Shown one piece after another: positions 38,614 to 48,634 of a stretch of DNA of 64,000 nucleotides. Position 1 is the first letter of the stretch; each line of letters opens with the position of its first letter. Below the pieces are notes generated by a model. That model was not told where the DNA came from. It searched no databases and saw only the letters and a list, made by a program, of their open reading frames with translations. The position numbers were made by a program, and so were the translations under genes. This stretch comes from Planctomycetota bacterium (lineage in GTDB: Bacteria; Planctomycetota; B15-G4): the NCBI GenBank assembly GCA_965248575.1, contig CBDFJQ010000002.1, positions 2,400,001 through 2,464,000 of the forward strand, given 5' to 3'.

Positions 38614-38746
38614 GCTCGAAAGCCCTTCGCGGCGGCGCCCAACACGAGAACAGCCCCACCCCCGGATACGGGAGCGGGGCTGTCCAACGGCCATGCCTCA
38701 GAGCGACGAGGCCGTCAACGGCGGGCGGCTCTCGCCACCCGATTCA

Positions 38747-39094
38747 TCACTTCACGTCACCTGCAACGCGAGCGTTGATGGGCGTGATGATGAAAGAGAA
38801 GGGCGGGAAGATCCACCAGTAGTTGCTCGTGGCGCTGCCGGAGATGCGCGAGGCCGTGCGGCCGTCGGCCTTCGCGGCGGCGGTGAACTCGTTCACGGCG
38901 TTCTCGAAGGACGCGTCCTCGACAATCGGATCACCAGCACCGAAGACCCAGTGCAGGGCCCAGATGCTCGTCTCCTGATGGGCGAAGGTGTCGCCATCGT
39001 TGTCCATCAGGCCGTTCACGTTGGAACCGACGTTGGTGGACACGCAACCGATGCACATCGACAAAACGAGCAGCAAGCAGAGGTTCTTGACCAT
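38747..39094 (-). CDS. Small lipoprotein (possibly TRL/Bor-like)
   Basis: Lipobox 'LSMCIG|C'; the C-terminal hydrophobic hairpin followed by 'VAGDV' is reminiscent of TRL-like lipoproteins. Confidence 0.65.
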   Translation of the reverse strand: MVKNLCLLLVLSMCIGCVSTNVGSNVNGLMDNDGDTFAHQETSIWALHWVFGAGDPIVEDASFENAVNEFTAAAKADGRTASRISGSATSNYWWIFPPFSFIITPINARVAGDVK

Positions 39095-39436
39095 GGTTTG
39101 AACTCCAGAGACCGGATTTGGGGTGGCAAACGGGGCGTCGTGCCCAGCCGCGAGCCGCAGACACTAGCTCTTCCGACAAGATGGACCAAATGTTGTCGGG
39201 AAGAGGCTTTCAGTGGTGAAATCGTAGCCTTCAATGACAGGCCGCGTCCTGCAGAAAGCACGCTGTACCAACCACCCACAAGCTGTGGCGCGCTGAAACC
39301 GCGCCGCCCTGGACCACGTCGAGGCTGTACCCTGGTTCCCGTCAACAGACGTTTCGGAAGGGCCCGGGTCGCCTCCTGGCTGGCCTGGCTCACGAGAGTG
39401 GTGCCCACGCGCCCCACCGACTAGGGAGAACCCAAC

Positions 39437-40684
39437 ATGCTGGCGACATCAGCCAAGCTCACGATGCTGAGCCACCGCGCCTTCTACCTGCTTTTGGCCC
39501 TCGTGCTGCAACCCTGCGTTGGGCCCTGCGAACAGTGGAACGCCCTCGACATCCAGTCCAAGGGCGAGATCACTCGCGCACCCTTCCAATCCAACCTACA
39601 GGACATGAATTGGTTCGTGGGCGCGTTCAAGCCGCGCGACCTCGTGACCAACGAAAAGCTCCCCGCGACGAAGGGCGACAAGCGGCTGGGGTTCAAAGGC
39701 AAGGGCAAGGGCCTCAACAACTTCGCCATCCTGGGTGGCATCTGCGGGCAAGGCGCCTTCTCGCTCGGCAGCACCATCTCCTTGGCCTCCTCGAAGGGCC
39801 TCCGGGATGGGCAGACCAGCAGTTGGGTCTACGCCGACTACATCGACGGGCTCACCACCACCACGCACCAAGTGAGCCTGCAATACCATGCCGCGCTTGC
39901 AGACGTGGTCGGCACGTCGCCCGGCTGGATCGCACGCGCCTTCATCAACGGCGTGAACATGGGCGAGATCGAGTACCCAGGTGAGTCCTCCATCGATGCA
40001 CGCATCGTGCAGTACCCCGACCGCACCGAGTTCCTCACGCGGCCGACACCCGTCAACCCCTACGGTGGCGGCGCCGAGGGCGCCTTCGACCTGATCTTCA
40101 TGAACCTCCACGCCCCGCCCGACAAGTTCCAGGTCGGACTGGGCGCCTTCGGCCTGGACAAGGGTGGCAAGGTCTTCACCGACATGCTTTGGCTGCTTGG
40201 CCCGGACCTGGGCCCTGTCCCAGGCTCCAACGAAGTCTTCGCGTTCAATCAGTTCGGAAACATCGGCTACTGCCTCAAAGATGCGAAGTCCCAGATCTCC
40301 AGCCCGAGCCCGAGCCTGATCAATGTTCAAGGGGCGCTTTCGCAAGTCAGCAATGCGTTGAACTCGGCCATCAGCACGATGTTCACCCTCAAGGACGGCG
40401 TGAAGAACAACCTCTACACGGAGGCTGCTGCAGCCAAGATCGCAGCCAAGATCGGCAAGCAGACCTACAAGAAGCTGCACTCCATCCAGAACAAGCTGCA
40501 GAACATGCTCGACAAGGGGAAGGTCAATCTGGGCGCCATCAAGAGTGTTTGCAACAACCTCGAGAGCCTCATCGACCGCTCGGCCGTGGGCCAGGCCAAC
40601 ATGCTCGGCGTGAGGGCCAAGAACATCAAGCAGCTCGGCACCGGCTACCCCATCGACCCGGCCGACGTGCCGGACCTGCTCTGA
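39437..40684 (+). CDS. Hypothetical exported protein (beta-rich N-domain, Lys-rich helical C-domain)
   Basis: RBS GGGGAG, strong GC3 codon bias, hydrophobic N-terminal stretch; no family recognised. Confidence 0.75.
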   Translation: MLATSAKLTMLSHRAFYLLLALVLQPCVGPCEQWNALDIQSKGEITRAPFQSNLQDMNWFVGAFKPRDLVTNEKLPATKGDKRLGFKGKGKGLNNFAILGGICGQGAFSLGSTISLASSKGLRDGQTSSWVYADYIDGLTTTTHQVSLQYHAALADVVGTSPGWIARAFINGVNMGEIEYPGESSIDARIVQYPDRTEFLTRPTPVNPYGGGAEGAFDLIFMNLHAPPDKFQVGLGAFGLDKGGKVFTDMLWLLGPDLGPVPGSNEVFAFNQFGNIGYCLKDAKSQISSPSPSLINVQGALSQVSNALNSAISTMFTLKDGVKNNLYTEAAAAKIAAKIGKQTYKKLHSIQNKLQNMLDKGKVNLGAIKSVCNNLESLIDRSAVGQANMLGVRAKNIKQLGTGYPIDPADVPDLL

Positions 40685-40706
40685 ACGCCGCCCTGGAACG
40701 GCCGCT

Positions 40707-43700
40707 CTAGCTCGCCCGACGCACGCGGCGCTCCTCGACCCAGGACGCCAGCACCGGTACCAGGAACATCGTCAGCAGGGCCAGGAGCATCCCGCCGAAG
40801 GACGGGATGGCCATGGGGATCATCACGTCGGAACCCCGGCCGCTCGACGTGAGCACCGGCAACAGGGCCAGGAGGGTCGTCGCGGTCGTCATGAGGCACG
40901 GGCGCACCCTGCGTGCGCCTGCTTCGACGATGGCCGTGCGTACCTGCTCGACCGTGCCAGGTTGGTTGCGCTTGAGGGACTGACGGATGTAGGTGCCGAT
41001 GACGACGCCGTCGTCGGTGGCGATGCCGAACAAGGCCAGGAAGCCCACCCACACGGCGACACTCAGCTGCATCGGTGAGACCTGGAACAGGTCCCGCAGG
41101 TCCACACCGAAGGGCACGGCGTCGAGAAACCAGTCCTGCCCGTAGAGCCACACCAGCAGGAAGCCCCCCGCCCAGGCGACGAACACTCCGCTGAACACCA
41201 TCAAGCTCATGGAGATGGTGCGGAACTGCAGGTAGAGGATCAGGAAGATCAGCAGCAGGGCGAGTGGCAGCACGAACGAAAGCGTGGCCGCCGCGCGCAC
41301 CTGGTTTTCGTAGCTACCGGCGAAGGCGTAGGAGACACCGGCCGGGAGGATCCACTCGCCGCGATCGAGCAGCCCTTGCAGGTGCTCGCGAGCGGCTTCG
41401 ACCACGTCCACTTCGGCCGCGCCGGGCTGCTTGTCGAAGATGACGTAGGACGTGAGGAAGGTGTCCTCCGTCTTGATGGCCTGGGGCCCACGCCCGTACT
41501 CGATGGTTGCCAACTGTGACAAGGACACCGTGGCACCCGAAGGCGTGGACACAAGCACCTCGCCCATGGCTTCGATGGAGTCGCGACGCTCACGCTGGTA
41601 ACGGACGCGCACGGGATAGCGCTCCCGGCCCTCGATGGTGGTGGTGACCTGGCGTCCGCCCAGGGCCACCTCGATCACATCCTGCACGTGGGACATGCTC
41701 ACGCCGTAGCGCCCCGCCGCCGCACGGTCCACGTCGATCTCGATGTACGGCTTGCCCACGACCCGGTCGGCCAGGATCGTGGCCGGGTTCAGGCTGGGCA
41801 CCTCCTTGAGGAAGGCCTCAATCTCGATGCCCACCTCCTCGATGGTCTCGAGATCCGGGCCGCGCACCTTGACCCCCATGGGCGCACGCATCCCGCTCTG
41901 CAACATGACGAGTCGCGCGGCGATGGGTTGCAGGCGAGGGGCAGAGGTCGTCCCCAGCAAGTGCGTCGCCTCGACGATGGCGTCCCACACATCATCGGCA
42001 TCGCGAATCTCCGGCCGCCAATTCCGGTAGGGCCGACCGTCCTCATCGAAGATGGGTTGGCCGGCTTCGCCCCGGGCAAACTCCCCCGCCTGCTCATCCC
42101 AGCGATAGGTGCCGCGCTGACCGTCTTCGCCCAGGCGCCACTCGGGCTGCATCTGGACCACCGTCTCCACCATGGAGATGGGCGCCGGATCGAGCGGACT
42201 CTCGGCGCGGCCGATCTTGCCCACGGCGAGCGCGACCTCGGGCACGCTTTCGATCGCCTTGTCCAAGGTCGACAGCACATCCAACGCCTCGCCGATGGAG
42301 GCGTGCGGCATGGTCGTCGGCATGAACAGCCAACTGCCCTCGTCCAAGGGCGGCATGAACTCCTTGCCCAGCCCTGGCATGGCCTCCGTCGCACCCACCC
42401 AGAAGTCCGTTTGTCGGAGGACATCCCCCTCCAGGCCCGAGGCATCCATGAGGTCGGGCAGCGGACGAAACAACTTGTCGAACCCCAACCACGCGCTCGC
42501 GCCGGCCAACAGAACCACGAACGGAATGCTCAAGAAGGTCAGCTTGTTGGCGAGGCACCAACGCAAGATGGGTTCGTAGGAGCGTCGGAACAGCGCGAAC
42601 ATCAAAAGCAAGCCGCCGCTGGTGACGACAACGAAAGCGAGGTTGGAGAGCGACGCCGCCCCCACGCCGAGCGGCTCCCAGTAGCGCGCCAGCGTCCAGG
42701 CCACACCTGCCACGGCCAGGAAGCACACGAGGCGCCGCAGCGCTGACGGACGCGTGCTTTGAGGCCCAACACGTCGACCACTCGAAGGCTGGCGCCGCGC
42801 CCCCGAAAAGAACGTCAGGGCCAGGGGTGGAATCAGCAGGATCGAGACCAGGACCGAGCCGATCAGCGCATACGTCTTGGTCCAGGCCAGGGGCCCGAAC
42901 AACTTCCCCTCGGCGCCATCCATCGTGAAAACCGGTAGGAAGCCCACAATGGTCGTCGCCACCGCCGTCAACACGGCCGAGCCCACCTCGGTCGCGGCCC
43001 GATGGATGGTCTCCAGCCTCGGCGCATCCGGCTCCCGTTCGATGGAGGCCAGGATGTTCTCCGTGAGCACGATGCCGATGTCGACCATGGTGCCGATGGC
43101 AATGGCGATGCCCGAGAGGGCGACGATGTTTGCTTCCACGCCCATCAACTTCATGCACACGAAGCAAAACAGAACCGCCAGTGGAAGCAGGCAGGCGATG
43201 AGCAGCGTCGCGCGCAGGCGCATCACCATCACGAGCACCACCAGGAGCGTCACCAGGAGCTCCTCGCTGATGGCCGTCCCCAGGGTGCCGAGCGTCTCCT
43301 CGATGAGCCCCGTGCGATCGTAGAAGGGAACGATGGTGACCTGGGAGACACGCCCGTCGTCGAGCTCCCGGCGAGGAAGGCCTGGAGCGATCTCCGCGAT
43401 CTTCTCCTTCAGCGACTGGATGGCCTGCAGCGGGTTGCTGCCGTAGCGCACCACGACCACGCCACCCACCGCCTGCTCGCCACCCTTGTCCAGGGCCCCG
43501 CGGCGCATGGCGGGCCCGAAACTCACGTGAGCCACTTTTCCGATGCGCACCGGCGCGCCATCGCTGGCGTTGATGACGGAGTTCTCGAGGTCGGCCACGT
43601 TCTCGATCCAGCCGATGCCCCGCACGAGATACTCAACGCGGTTGATCTCCACGACCCGCGCACCCACCTCGCGATTGCTGCCCCGAACCGCCTGGACGAT

Positions 43701-44369
43701 CTGCTCCAGGCTGACGCCATGGGCACGCATGGCGTCGGGGTCCACGTCGATCTGGTACTCGCGCACATAGCCGCCCACGGAGGCCACCTCGGCCACACCG
43801 TCGGCAGACAACAGGGCGAAGCGGACCTGCCAGTCCTGGATCGATCGCAACTCGTGGAGGTCCCAGCCACCCACGGGTTGGTCCTGCTCGTCGCGCCCTT
43901 CCAGCGTGTACCAGAACACCTGGCCCAGCGGCGTCGCATCCGGCCCCAGGCCGGGCGCTACACCCTCGGGAAGCAGACCAGGGGGCAGGCTGCTCAGCTT
44001 CTCCAGCACGCGCGAGCGTGACCAATAGAACTCCACGCCCTCATCGAAGATCACGTAGATCGATGAGAAGCCCACGTAGCTCGTGGAGCGCACGGTCTTC
44101 ACGCCAGGGATGCCCTGCAGGGCGACCGTCAACGGGTAGGTGACCTGGTCCTCGACATCTTGCGGAGATCGCCCCGGCCAAGATGTGAAGACGATCTGCT
44201 GGTTCTCACCGAGATCCGGAATCGCATCCACAGCGATGGGGTCCCGGGGCCAGCCGTCCACCTTCCAGGCGAAGGGGGAGTAGCGCAGCCCGAAGCCCAC
44301 CAGCACCAACGCCAGCAGGAACACCACCACTCGCTGAGCGAGGCAGAACCGGATCAGGCCGTTCAGCAC
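40707..44369 (-). CDS. cusA: CusA/CzcA-family heavy-metal efflux RND permease
   Basis: 'DAIPDLGENQQIVFTSWPGRSPQDVEDQVTYPL', 'GPDATPLGQV', 'ALSGIAIAIGTMVD', 'EFMPPLDEGS', 'RVRPCLMT', 'PMAIPSFGGM'. GTG start at 44369. Confidence 0.95.
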   Translation of the reverse strand: MLNGLIRFCLAQRVVVFLLALVLVGFGLRYSPFAWKVDGWPRDPIAVDAIPDLGENQQIVFTSWPGRSPQDVEDQVTYPLTVALQGIPGVKTVRSTSYVGFSSIYVIFDEGVEFYWSRSRVLEKLSSLPPGLLPEGVAPGLGPDATPLGQVFWYTLEGRDEQDQPVGGWDLHELRSIQDWQVRFALLSADGVAEVASVGGYVREYQIDVDPDAMRAHGVSLEQIVQAVRGSNREVGARVVEINRVEYLVRGIGWIENVADLENSVINASDGAPVRIGKVAHVSFGPAMRRGALDKGGEQAVGGVVVVRYGSNPLQAIQSLKEKIAEIAPGLPRRELDDGRVSQVTIVPFYDRTGLIEETLGTLGTAISEELLVTLLVVLVMVMRLRATLLIACLLPLAVLFCFVCMKLMGVEANIVALSGIAIAIGTMVDIGIVLTENILASIEREPDAPRLETIHRAATEVGSAVLTAVATTIVGFLPVFTMDGAEGKLFGPLAWTKTYALIGSVLVSILLIPPLALTFFSGARRQPSSGRRVGPQSTRPSALRRLVCFLAVAGVAWTLARYWEPLGVGAASLSNLAFVVVTSGGLLLMFALFRRSYEPILRWCLANKLTFLSIPFVVLLAGASAWLGFDKLFRPLPDLMDASGLEGDVLRQTDFWVGATEAMPGLGKEFMPPLDEGSWLFMPTTMPHASIGEALDVLSTLDKAIESVPEVALAVGKIGRAESPLDPAPISMVETVVQMQPEWRLGEDGQRGTYRWDEQAGEFARGEAGQPIFDEDGRPYRNWRPEIRDADDVWDAIVEATHLLGTTSAPRLQPIAARLVMLQSGMRAPMGVKVRGPDLETIEEVGIEIEAFLKEVPSLNPATILADRVVGKPYIEIDVDRAAAGRYGVSMSHVQDVIEVALGGRQVTTTIEGRERYPVRVRYQRERRDSIEAMGEVLVSTPSGATVSLSQLATIEYGRGPQAIKTEDTFLTSYVIFDKQPGAAEVDVVEAAREHLQGLLDRGEWILPAGVSYAFAGSYENQVRAAATLSFVLPLALLLIFLILYLQFRTISMSLMVFSGVFVAWAGGFLLVWLYGQDWFLDAVPFGVDLRDLFQVSPMQLSVAVWVGFLALFGIATDDGVVIGTYIRQSLKRNQPGTVEQVRTAIVEAGARRVRPCLMTTATTLLALLPVLTSSGRGSDVMIPMAIPSFGGMLLALLTMFLVPVLASWVEERRVRRAS

Positions 44370-44371
44370 GC

Positions 44372-46318
44372 TCAGGGCTTCCGCGGGAGGGCGCGGTCGA
44401 CGAGCCCGCAACGGAGCATGGAATCGCCGAAGTAGGGGTTCGCGATCTCACCGTTGGAACTCAGCCAGTTCGCCCCGGTGTCACGAAACGCCATGGGGCA
44501 GTGCACCACGTGGGGTGCGGCCACCGGGCCCGACCAGCCATAGCGGGTCATGGCGGTGATGGCTGCCTCGCTGACATCCCGCAGGGCCGATCGCAATTCG
44601 AGCACACCCTTGCGAAGGGAAAGCCGTTGGGAACCATCCGCCAGGGTGGCTGCCAGAGGCACCCAGAGCTGCAGCGCATCCTCGCTCAGGTCGCCCGCGG
44701 GAATGGAGGCCACAGCGAGCTCCAGTTCCTCACCAGCTGTGCGGGCGCGGGCCAGATCCCCTTCGGCCAGGGCCTCTGCAGCCTCGATCAGGGGCTCGAT
44801 CATGCGCCCGAGACCCGCCTTGAACTTGCCTGAGGTCTCGATCACGCCTGCGGGGATCCAGGCATCCACGGGCGGGTTCATCATGCTCGGGCGTGCGCGG
44901 ATCTCGAGTTCGCTGTCCAACTTGAACGCGCCATTGACGACCACGAGCTCCCCCGCCAACAGTCCACGCGTCACGATGTAGTGGCCGCCCGCTCTCGGGC
45001 CCAACAGCACCTCGCGCCCTTCATAGATCGGAGCACCGGCGCCTGGCCGCCGCACGTAGACGATCGAACGAGCCCCGGTCACCAAGGGCGCCGTGTCGGG
45101 AATCACCAGCGGCAAGTCGTCCGAGCTGGGCATGCGGAAGCCCAGCTCCGAGGTGGGCACAGCCTCCGTCCTGCAGATGGGACAAGGCGAGCGCCTCGGA
45201 AACACGCTCGAAGGGTGCGTGGGACACATGTAGCGCTTGGCCAGCTCCGGATCGACCAGCAGTCCCTCCTCGTCCATCTGTGCCCGCACCGTGGCATGCA
45301 CGAACATGTCCGGCTTCAGGCGCAAGTCGAAGTTGGGCAGGCTCACGCGCACCTTCACCGTGCGCATCCGGTTCATCAGGATCGAATCGATGAAACTGAT
45401 GCGGCCCACGAAGAAGTCATCGGGGTAGGCGTCGGCCACGATCTCCACCTGCTGCCCATAGTGCAGCCAAGACAGCTCGCTCTCGGGGGCGTTCAGCTCC
45501 ACCCACACGAAGCTGCGGTCCGCCAAGGTGTAGAGGCGCGTGCCAGCGTCGACCGAATCCCCTTGGCGCGCGGTCTTCTCCAGGACCTCGGCGGCCATGG
45601 GCGCAACGAGCGTGTGCCGCTCCAGGGGGCTGCCGCGCTCCACCAGTTCCGTGAGCTGCTCGGGCCTGAAACCCCAGACCAGGAGGTCTTGCCTGGCGGA
45701 GTCCAGCGCCTTGGCAGATTGAGCCCGCTCCTCCACCGTGGTCTCAGGGGGGAGCGCCTCGTGGTTGCCGACCGCCGTGAGGTACTCCTGCTGTACGTCG
45801 GACAGCTCCGGGCTGTAGAGATCCACGAGCGGGTCGCCGCGTTGAACCGCGATGCCGTCATAATCCACGTACATGCGCTCGATGCGCGAGGCTTTCCAGG
45901 CCGTGACGTATCGCAAGCGGGCATCGTCGAACACCACCTTGCCCACCATGCGTACGGGCCGCGTGACGGCGCGGCGCACCACCACCGCCGTACGGATGTC
46001 TGCCAGGGCGGCCGCGTGCTCGCTGACCCGAAGTGAGCGCGGGCCCAGTGCAGCATCCTCGGGGCTCTCCTCCTCAACAGGGATGAGCTCCATGCCGCAC
46101 ATGGGGCAGGGCACATTGTCCGGAAGCCGCACCTGGGGGTGCATGGAACACGTCCACTCGCTAGGAACATCAGCATCGGGACTGGCACCGGCGCCCCCTC
46201 CGTCCGGTGCGCAGGCAAAGCGCCCCAGCAAGAAACCGAGCACCAAGACCGCGAACACGCGAGGCCATCCAACAGTGCGGGAAGGGCTCGGTGGAGTTCG
46301 AGTCTCCGCCGACGTCAT
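44372..46318 (-). CDS. cusB: CusB-like efflux adaptor with heavy-metal-binding domains and C-terminal DUF3347-like domain
   Basis: 'WTCSMHPQVR...CPMCGMELIP', 'LYSPEL', 'LKPDMFV', second metal domain 'YMCPTHP...CPIC', C-terminal 'HCPMAF...WLS...NPYFGDSMLRCG'. Confidence 0.9.
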   Translation of the reverse strand: MTSAETRTPPSPSRTVGWPRVFAVLVLGFLLGRFACAPDGGGAGASPDADVPSEWTCSMHPQVRLPDNVPCPMCGMELIPVEEESPEDAALGPRSLRVSEHAAALADIRTAVVVRRAVTRPVRMVGKVVFDDARLRYVTAWKASRIERMYVDYDGIAVQRGDPLVDLYSPELSDVQQEYLTAVGNHEALPPETTVEERAQSAKALDSARQDLLVWGFRPEQLTELVERGSPLERHTLVAPMAAEVLEKTARQGDSVDAGTRLYTLADRSFVWVELNAPESELSWLHYGQQVEIVADAYPDDFFVGRISFIDSILMNRMRTVKVRVSLPNFDLRLKPDMFVHATVRAQMDEEGLLVDPELAKRYMCPTHPSSVFPRRSPCPICRTEAVPTSELGFRMPSSDDLPLVIPDTAPLVTGARSIVYVRRPGAGAPIYEGREVLLGPRAGGHYIVTRGLLAGELVVVNGAFKLDSELEIRARPSMMNPPVDAWIPAGVIETSGKFKAGLGRMIEPLIEAAEALAEGDLARARTAGEELELAVASIPAGDLSEDALQLWVPLAATLADGSQRLSLRKGVLELRSALRDVSEAAITAMTRYGWSGPVAAPHVVHCPMAFRDTGANWLSSNGEIANPYFGDSMLRCGLVDRALPRKP

Positions 46319-46551
46319 CGGGCTGCTTCCAAGACGAACTCCGACACAAGCGACCAGGGGATCCCTGTTGCAATGGTTCCGGGGCCACAACTGCTGTGGC
46401 CGTGGCAGCTGGCAGCCCCCAGCTACGAATGGAAACTCTAGTCCCTCGAAGGACCGGTATCTAGCAGTTCCGAGCCTCGGAATGCCGCTCTGGAGCCCTG
46501 GCAATTCCCGCGCACAGGGCCCTCAAGGCCGTGCTGTTCCCGTGGCGGCCG

Positions 46552-48369
46552 TCAGGAGCTCTGAGCTCGTTCGAGCGCCTTGGCCGCCCCGTCCAATTGA
46601 CGCGAGCGCACCCGCGCTGCCTGGGCACCCGGCTCATCACCCAGCTCCCCACGCCAGTAGGCGAGGCGCTCGTAGAGCGGCGCGTAGAACTGCGCCAGCC
46701 GCCAGCTGCGCAGTGTGGGTGCCGGCTCGTCGGATCGCAGAGCCTCCAGTTCGGCAGGCGCTCGAGCCAGGAAATCCTCCAGAATCGAGACGGCCTCAGC
46801 CGCGTCTCCCTCCGCTTTCGCCTGCTCGACGTCTGCTTGCACGGCGAAGCTCCACGGCCCTGTGTAGTCTGCCTCCCGCAAGACGGACACATCCTCGGGC
46901 AGCGGTCGGGCCACGACACAGGCCAACAAGGCGCCACCCGCGAGGGCCAGGGCGGCGGGCTTCCATCGCCGGCGACCCAGCCAGCTCCAGAGCCGGACCG
47001 CACCGAAACCAGCGAAGGGCAACAAGGCGACTGCGAACAGGAGCCGATAGCGGCCCACGATGCCGAACACCACCAGAGGTGCCAGGCTCGTCAAGACCAA
47101 CCAGAGTGCCGGGCCACAGCGACGGCGACCGCAGCAGAGCAGGCCCAACACCGCCAGCGGAAGCACCCACACCATGTTGACCGCAGCAAGCCCCAGCACC
47201 GGTGCCTGCTCACGGAACACATAGAAGTTCACGTTGTTCGGGATCTCATACCAGTGGAAGGCGTGTGCGAGACGCGCAACCGCAAGCTCCCAGAACGCCG
47301 AGAAGCTCCCGAGGCTGGAGAGGGACGCCCGGACCACGGCCATGCCGTTGCCGGCGCTCGTCCCCAAGATCTCGGCCATGCCATGAGGGTTGGGCACGAA
47401 GCCTGAGAGACTCGCCTGGGCACCCGCCGAGTTGTTGAGCGCCATCATGTCCGGACCGAGGCTGGACAACCCCAGCAAGGGAGCCCCCACTGCCAGGTTT
47501 CGCATCACGACCGGGAGCAAGCAGGCAGCGAAGACGGCGCAGCTAAGCATGCCCTCCCGCCAGGCGCGACGGCGCAGGATCAGCGCAGCGAGGATCCCGA
47601 GAAAGAAGAGCACATAGGTTGTCTTCAGCAGGACAGCAAGGCCGCACGCCAGCCCGAACGCGGCCCACGAGCGCAGCGTCTCACGCCGGAACGCAACGTC
47701 TGCGCGATCCACCAACCACAAGCCCACAGCGACGAGGGGCGTGGCCCGCAACAGCACCAGGTCGTAAAGCAGCAAGGGCCCGTAGAGCACCGTCAGCAAG
47801 GCCGCCGCGTGGGCAGCTCGTGCCCCAAACGCACGCCCTGTGATGCGATGCACGAGCCAGACGCACACCACTCCCAAGATCATCTGCAACATCAGCATGC
47901 TGCCCACACCCCCACCCAGCACGTAGAACACACCCAGTGTGTAGGCGTAGAGTGGTTCCTGGTGGAACTGCTTGCCACCGAACCAGAAGTTCCAGAGCAG
48001 GTCTTCGGCCTTGGCTCCCTGCCCAGCAGCCGCCGCTTGCTCAGACCACAGGGCCCGCTCATCCGGATGCCAGGAGAACCACAGCCGGGCAATGGCGGTG
48101 CGCCAGCTGTGATGCGGGTGCAAGGCCTGATCGGTGAGCCAGTCGCCCGCTGCCAGCGACTGCCCCCACGTGTCGAAGAAGGCCATGTCGGACTCGGCCG
48201 ACAGGTGCTGACGCATTTCCGGAGCAGGCGAAAGTTGGCGGTGATAGGCCACCCGCAGGCCCACGGCCAGCAGCAGGATGCCCACCAGGATCAGAGCGCG
48301 GTGGCGGTGCCGACGTTGCGATGCCCGATGCGGCGACTCGGCAGGCGGGAAGGAGGGGGCAGCGGACAC
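46552..48369 (-). CDS. GT-C / glycosyltransferase family 39-like membrane protein with C-terminal TPR-like helix
   Basis: 'FHQEPLYAY', 'LYGPLLLYD', 'LPVVMRN', 'YEIPNNVN', 'GRYRL'; many TMs. Start uncertain (GTG 48369 chosen). Confidence 0.8.
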   Translation of the reverse strand: MSAAPSFPPAESPHRASQRRHRHRALILVGILLLAVGLRVAYHRQLSPAPEMRQHLSAESDMAFFDTWGQSLAAGDWLTDQALHPHHSWRTAIARLWFSWHPDERALWSEQAAAAGQGAKAEDLLWNFWFGGKQFHQEPLYAYTLGVFYVLGGGVGSMLMLQMILGVVCVWLVHRITGRAFGARAAHAAALLTVLYGPLLLYDLVLLRATPLVAVGLWLVDRADVAFRRETLRSWAAFGLACGLAVLLKTTYVLFFLGILAALILRRRAWREGMLSCAVFAACLLPVVMRNLAVGAPLLGLSSLGPDMMALNNSAGAQASLSGFVPNPHGMAEILGTSAGNGMAVVRASLSSLGSFSAFWELAVARLAHAFHWYEIPNNVNFYVFREQAPVLGLAAVNMVWVLPLAVLGLLCCGRRRCGPALWLVLTSLAPLVVFGIVGRYRLLFAVALLPFAGFGAVRLWSWLGRRRWKPAALALAGGALLACVVARPLPEDVSVLREADYTGPWSFAVQADVEQAKAEGDAAEAVSILEDFLARAPAELEALRSDEPAPTLRSWRLAQFYAPLYERLAYWRGELGDEPGAQAARVRSRQLDGAAKALERAQSS

Positions 48370-48634
48370 GCGGGCTCTCGAGTAGATGCCCTCCTCATCG
48401 ACCAACTCGCCGCCCCTGCTGAAGAAGGGCTGAGAGGCCCCACGAGCCCCCGCAATCCAAGCCTTTTCGGGTTCTGATCGAGGCCAAGAAGAAAGGCACC
48501 GCAAGGGGCCAACGCCCGCCGAAGAGAAGCTGCCTCTTCAGGGCGGGATGGACCCATCACGGTGCCTGCTCAGACGGCCCCAACTTGCGGCCGCCCAGTC
48601 GCCACCCCTGTCGGGGCGGTCGTCGCGACGGACT

